A DNA stretch of 64,000 bases from Candidatus Parcubacteria bacterium (GTDB lineage: Bacteria; Patescibacteriota; Minisyncoccia; Phycocordibacterales; JAKAEA01). The translations under genes were made by a program, and so were the position numbers. The DNA lies in NCBI GenBank assembly GCA_963806325.1, contig CAWDXL010000002.1:250-64249 (forward strand). Reading direction: 5' to 3'. Below the pieces are notes generated by a model. It was not told the DNA's origin. It did no database searches and saw nothing but the letters and a program-made list of their open reading frames with translations. Positions 63,378 to 64,000 of this stretch are shown here, piece by piece (position 1 is the first letter of the stretch; every line of letters starts with the position of its first letter).

Positions 63378-64000
63378 ATGAGTAGTGGCAATCAGTTCGA
63401 GCGTCTTTTCAAGCTTCAGGCAACCGTCGGCAAGCTCGTCTTGGGCGGCAAGCGTGACCCCGAGAAGATCGCCAACATTTTTCAGGCGATTATCGAGGGA
63501 TCGGTGGAAGCAAGCTTCAGCAATGAAGCAACTCCAGCCGACGTCAATGCCGTCATCAATAAGGCGGCAGCAGAATTTGATCTGTCGTCCGAGCGCAATC
63601 TCGACTGGTGGCTCGCCAAGACCCAGGAGTTCGCCAAGAAGCATCTCGGCGTTGACATCAACCTGCGTGAGCGCTTCGCCATCCCGGCGGAACTTCCCTG
63701 GAAGAGCGTCATCCCAGTCTTCGACCCAGGCAGCCTCACCAACCGTGCCGTTGTCGAGCAAGCCCTCAAGGCTCTCGGCCTCACTGTCTACGAGGAAACT
63801 GACGTCATGAAGTATTCTGGTTCGGAGGCTATTAATGCGCCGACACTTCACTTCATCGAGAACTCAGTTCGTCCCAACTCCGACACGATGAACATGTCGC
63901 CGAACCAGCTGCGCAAGACCGGGAAATCATACCTGTCTCTGCACGGCTACGGTCTCGCCTTCGCGGTCTATTACTTTGCCACCGACAAGCATCTCGATCC
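63378..64000 (+). CDS. hypothetical protein, GC-rich, 5' part (runs off the right edge)
   Basis: Not in ORF track because open-ended. AAGGAGAAG RBS then ATG 63378. Hand translation MSSGNQFERLFKLQATVGKLVLGG...SYLSLHGYGLAFAVYYFATDKHLD has no stop to the end of the window. Confidence 0.6.
   Translation, partial: MSSGNQFERLFKLQATVGKLVLGGKRDPEKIANIFQAIIEGSVEASFSNEATPADVNAVINKAAAEFDLSSERNLDWWLAKTQEFAKKHLGVDINLRERFAIPAELPWKSVIPVFDPGSLTNRAVVEQALKALGLTVYEETDVMKYSGSEAINAPTLHFIENSVRPNSDTMNMSPNQLRKTGKSYLSLHGYGLAFAVYYFATDKHLD

Noticed and set aside
63363-63851. 162-aa ORF on the minus strand
   Set aside because: The overlapping plus-strand frame starting at 63378 has a promoter and an AAGGAG RBS and stays open to the window end. 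The minus ORF lacks a start context. The call remains moderately uncertain.
1-64000. Alternative genetic code with UGA recoding, as known for some CPR lineages
   Set aside because: The conserved genes (dnaE, rpoB, smc, dnaG, rpoD) contain no in-frame TGA. TGA also ends genes at the expected length, for example nusB-Nudix at 7363-7365 and dnaG at 23902-23904. The CC-TGA in the YdeI pseudogene lies in an already multiply broken gene.

Overview
The window looks like a small, fairly AT-leaning bacterial genome. Its compact housekeeping synteny and several fused or miniaturised genes suggest a Patescibacteria/CPR-like organism; that assignment is inference only. All analysis was by eye: no GC values, searches or folds were computed, and small-motif coordinates are hand-counted (about +/-2 nt).

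Two parts:
- (1) 1-25.2 kb is a dense core block: thrS (partial), dnaE, rnhB, rpmF, a nusB-Nudix fusion, rnc, a short hinge-less SMC, rnr, rpsP, a KH protein, trmD, rpoB, rpoC (frame broken once), dnaG, rpoD and tRNA-Leu(UAG). It is peppered with two families of small palindromic/TIR elements. Two copies of the GC-rich family sit in frame inside smc and rnr.
- (2) 25.3-64 kb, after tRNA-Leu, is an accessory mosaic. It holds a lactate permease, an NHL-repeat wall-binding protein, a GtrA/GT2/GT-C glycosylation cluster, glycosidase and GT4 genes, and a largely decayed efflux/ABC operon. It also holds a type IIIA-like P-type ATPase, visibly GC-richer foreign-looking genes, many frameshifted pseudogenes, an atypical tRNA-like gene, and a right-hand recombinase graveyard.

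The graveyard (53.9-63.2 kb) contains four 3' remnants of large serine recombinase genes. Its intact cargo is:
- a tandem pair of roughly 415-aa paralogous orphan proteins, bracketed by a roughly 45-bp direct repeat, each with its own promoter and terminator;
- an AbiEi/AbiEii pair with upstream inverted repeats;
- a PD-(D/E)XK-like plus zinc-ribbon gene bracketed by 30-bp direct repeats.

It also carries a chimeric restriction-enzyme N-terminus / exonuclease-DinG helicase wreck.

Best candidates for something undescribed:
- the paralog cassette at 54.1-56.9 kb;
- a compact minus-strand unit at 45.8-46.2 kb, made of a promoter, three TGTCT/AGACA palindromes, a 33-codon ORF resembling the sigma-70 region 4.2 helix, and three tandem hairpins with conserved C-rich, anti-Shine-Dalgarno-like loops;
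- the in-frame palindromic elements.
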